Assembly: GCA_030704615.1 (NCBI GenBank)
Contig: JAKLZA010000104.1
Span: forward strand, 1 to 13,720
Length of the DNA: 13,720 bases
Direction of reading: 5' to 3'
From: Takakia lepidozioides
Taxonomy: Eukaryota; Plantae; Bryophyta
Shown: piece by piece, positions 10,979 through 13,720 of the stretch
How the letters are laid out: every line of letters begins with the position of its first letter
How positions within the stretch are numbered: the first letter of the stretch is position 1
Notes under the pieces: model-generated
The model's database searches: none
Seen by the model: only the letters and a program-made list of their open reading frames with translations
What the model was told of the DNA's origin: nothing
Position numbers and translations under genes: made by a program

Positions 10979-11905
10979 AGAAATGGGTCAGGGCATTTCC
11001 AAAATTTTGGCAACTCTAAGAACCTCTTTTGGAAATGCGGCACCGCATTTCCAAAACAGGGGAGGGACTAATTTTTCCATTTCAATGTTGGCATAGTAAA
11101 AAGTAATCTGAATTGGGAATGCGGTGCCGCATTTCCAAAATTTCCTTTGTCCACACGCCAGTTTTGGCCTCTCCCGCTCATTGCATGGATGCCACCACGC
11201 TTACAGAGGTCGAACAAGGAGGTCGAACAAGGAGGCCGACATGGCGGGATTGGAAATGCGGTGCCGCATTTCCATATTGGGGATGGTGGTTGTTCGAACT
11301 GCAGACCCATCAGCAAAAACTGGCACCGCATTCCATTGTAAAAAAAAAGTCGATGACGGACATGGAAATGCGGCGCCGCATTTCCAGAACGGACATCGCA
11401 ATTTGTCAATTTGCAGACCCTCTCTCGGAAATGCGGTAACGCATTCCATCGCGCTGGTCGGAAATAGGTGCACTTTTCGAAGTGTTGGACGGAAATGCGG
11501 CACCGCATTCCCTTGTCCAAAAAGAAGTTTCCATTGCCAAGCTGGAAATGCGTCGCCGCATTTGCAATGCCAACCTCGTTTTCTGATCAATTTATAGACC
11601 CGTGTTGGTATTTCGTGTACCTGGACGGAAATGATGCACCGCATTTTCTTGTCCCACATGGAAATGCGGTGCCGCATTTCGATGTCCGACATGGAAATGC
11701 GGTGCGGCACCGCATTTCCCGATGAAATGCGGCGCCGCACATCCGACATGAAATGCGGCGCCGCATTTCGATCCGACATGGAAATGCGGCGCCGCATTTC
11801 GATCCGACATGGAAATGCGGCGCCGCATTTCCAAGCCGACATGGAAATGCGGCGCCACATTTCCATGCCGACATGGATGCGGTGCCGCATTTCAATGTCC
11901 GACAT
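10979..11905. repeat. Array 2: ~18 copies of the same palindrome, dispersed at first, then a ~31-33-bp tandem minisatellite (11655-11905, linker atccgacat)
   Basis: Starts at 10979 (degenerate), 11031, 11115, 11252, 11314 (degenerate), 11364, 11427, 11491, 11544, 11627, 11660, 11693, 11723, 11749, 11780, 11811, 11843, 11875. Confidence 0.93.
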
Positions 11906-12229
11906 GGCGTTACTCTGGTATATTCTTGACACATGACTCACATACCGGTTACTCTGCTTTATTCAACCAGACAGACAAATTGTAGAAATGAGACATCAAA
12001 TTGTAAACAGTGGGCCAAATCCGAGAGTTATTCAACACAATGAAACACAGTCATACAGAAGTGAGGTACATTCCAGGGCACACTCCAGGGCACATTTAAA
12101 TTTCCCCCGTACAGGATCCTGGACCGATGAAGATTGGCTGCTGCATGAATGTAGCCGTTTCAGTTTCCTACCCTGCCATGCAAACTATGGGCAGTCACTG
12201 CCAGGTGGGCCGATAGCCACTGGACACGA

Positions 12230-12293
12230 CGAAGTCCATCCCCTCTTCGATGTAAATGCGGCGCCGAATTTCCATCCGGGGGGATGGACTTCG
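12230..12293. other. 64-bp inverted repeat/hairpin centred on a palindrome copy
   Basis: cgaagtccatcccc (12230-12243) is the exact reverse complement of ggggatggacttcg (12280-12293) and encloses gtaaatgcggcgccgaatttcc. Confidence 0.85.
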
Positions 12294-12410
12294 GTGGCAG
12301 ATCTCAAACTATAACTTGTTGATGAGAAAGATGTATGGCTTCATCCACCGCTGGCGTGATGAACACGTTCCACCTCCGTCGGTGGGTACGTGTGACCCAG
12401 ATGCTCCATT

Positions 12411-13085
12411 TTGGAGGCCGGACTGCTCTTCCGCTTCGTATCTTTTCCAAAATCTAAGGGCTTCGTAGCTGTCCGCAAGGTCATCGGCATCCAAGTCGTC
12501 CTCAGGTCCTCCTTTGCAAGGATGCCGTGCTTCCGGAACCGGGACGACTGCCCCTTTGGAGGCATCGATTATGCAATGTATTCGGCCACATCGGGAGACA
12601 TTGTTATCTGGTACACAGATTACACAGAAGATACTGGTTCGATTGTGGAAACATTGGTGGCTTTTGAGTATATCGTAGGCCACTACGCCTTCGAGCGGGG
12701 TGACGATCTTGGTTTGAGGAGTCCGTGGCTCCTGCGCATCCTCGATTCCGATTTTCCCAGCTACGACGGTCACCCATGCAGAAGAAGGCGCACTGCTATG
12801 CTGTTGCGGTGGAACTGCTGCCACTGGACGTGGGTGGACTCCATCGGAGAGACCTATTCTCCTCGAGGAGTGCGCTCCTCTTCTCCATTGTATGGGGACA
12901 TTCGCATTGGTGTGGACGACGAAAACGTGAAGATTTCCATATTCGATGGTGGTATGATTGAAGGGCAGGACATTGTGGTGAACATCACTAGGGGCGGTAC
13001 AACGGCTGCAATCGACTTTACATGGAGGAGCCCCAGGACTCATGAGCTAGTTCTGAGAGCAGTCGAAGTCCCATTGACAACGTGA
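12411..13085 (+). CDS. Hypothetical protein (start uncertain; first in-frame ATG 12522; possibly contains compensating frameshifts)
   Basis: 224-codon open frame with protein-like, beta-strand-rich segments (DIVIWYTD, DIRIGVDDENVKISIFDGG) and an AATAAA ~84 nt after the stop. No recognisable family. Confidence 0.5.
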   Translation: MEAGLLFRFVSFPKSKGFVAVRKVIGIQVVLRSSFARMPCFRNRDDCPFGGIDYAMYSATSGDIVIWYTDYTEDTGSIVETLVAFEYIVGHYAFERGDDLGLRSPWLLRILDSDFPSYDGHPCRRRRTAMLLRWNCCHWTWVDSIGETYSPRGVRSSSPLYGDIRIGVDDENVKISIFDGGMIEGQDIVVNITRGGTTAAIDFTWRSPRTHELVLRAVEVPLTT

Positions 13086-13168
13086 CTTGTATTCAGTAGG
13101 CACAGGGCTCAAGATTTGAGGGCACAATCAGCACAGTAGACGTGCTTCAAATGCAATTCATGTGGATC

Positions 13169-13174
13169 AATAAA
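13169..13174 (+). promoter_or_regulatory. Candidate polyadenylation signal for the orphan ORF
   Basis: AATAAA followed by T/GT-rich sequence. Confidence 0.35.
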
Positions 13175-13497
13175 AACCTCATTGTGCCCTCTTTTTATTC
13201 TATTCTGTGTCCATTGTTCCGAGAATGCGTCATTGCTCATTTCGTTTGGGATTGGGAGTGTGGGTGAATTTTGCAAATGGCTGGTAGGCTGAAATGGGCC
13301 CCCATTGTACAGAGCAGTACCACCCTACCATTCGCGAAACATTGCCTTTCAATATATAATTCTAAATAACATTGCCGAACCTCCTTCATCGGGAGGTCCT
13401 TCTCCCCCTATGACCGTGGCACCCTAAACCCTATTCCCGCGGACACTCATTTCCGGAAAATAGTGCTGCTCATGTTTTTTTCCACACTTACGACTCT

Positions 13498-13534
13498 GCT
13501 CATGGCTCATGCCGCTCATGGCTCATGGCTCATG
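13498..13534. repeat. Short tandem repeat (GCTCATG) x5, one interruption
   Basis: gctcatggctcatgccgctcatggctcatggctcatg. Confidence 0.8.
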
Positions 13535-13720
13535 AAATAGCAGCCCCCTGGAACCCCTCTAGCAGTCCCCCTAAACCCCCCTAAGCTGCATGTTGGGCTC
13601 AGTTGAAAAATTAAGGGTACCCTACAGATCCCGTATAAGTGTCTAAGTCCCCGACAGTCCTCTAACACCCTCCAACCGCTGAACACTTTGGCAAAGTGGA
13701 CTCCGCAAGAATGCTCCAAG

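Larger units (their letters stand above)
1..13200. mobile_element. Interior of a large Mutator-like (MULE) DNA transposon with cargo genes; termini not identified, boundaries approximate
   Basis: MULE-type transposase at left. One 22-bp palindrome recurs from 3322 to ~12273 (two arrays, three introns, one hairpin), tying the genes into a single unit. No TIR pair or TSD can be seen in the window. Confidence 0.65.

Noticed and set aside
11207-11235. 13-bp tandem duplication gaggtcgaacaag
   Set aside because: Simple local slippage duplication with no wider pattern.
11068-11941. ORFs of 85-246 aa over array 2
   Set aside because: Same palindrome-derived peptides in all frames; no independent coding signal.
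12309-13043. 244-aa minus-strand ORF
   Set aside because: Overlaps the plus-strand ORF, which looks more protein-like and has a downstream AATAAA. Disfavoured but not fully excluded.
13421-13433. Telomere-like/telo-box CCCTAAACCCTA
   Set aside because: Under two units, so not a telomeric array; no evidence of function.
13250-13720. Possible right terminus/TIR of the transposon
   Set aside because: Composition changes here, but the left end is outside the window, so no inverted partner or TSD can be verified.

Overview
Eukaryotic DNA with GT-AG introns, most consistent with the interior of a large Mutator-like (MULE) DNA transposon. A land-plant/bryophyte host is my impression from the transposase style and is not proven; no element ends are identifiable. 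Contents: (1) a minus-strand MULE DDE transposase with an N-terminal GCM-like zinc domain (start ~2892, running off the left edge); (2) a ~2 kb array of ~36 copies of the 22-bp palindrome GGAAATGCGG-YR-CCGCATTTCC at a nearly invariant 53-bp pitch, with five spacer families arranged as higher-order repeats; (3) a divergently oriented ~10-exon plus-strand gene (~1400 aa after splicing and two 1-bp corrections) fusing a ParB/Srx-like domain (VWDGNHR) to a beta-class amino-DNA-methyltransferase-like domain (DIPD...VLDLICGTG), with single palindrome copies in three introns; (4) a second palindrome cluster whose spacings mostly approximate multiples of 10.5 bp; (5) a palindrome-centred hairpin and an orphan ORF. 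Frequent 1-bp deletions, often in homopolymers, suggest consensus errors or early decay. The many short ORFs over the arrays are translation artefacts.
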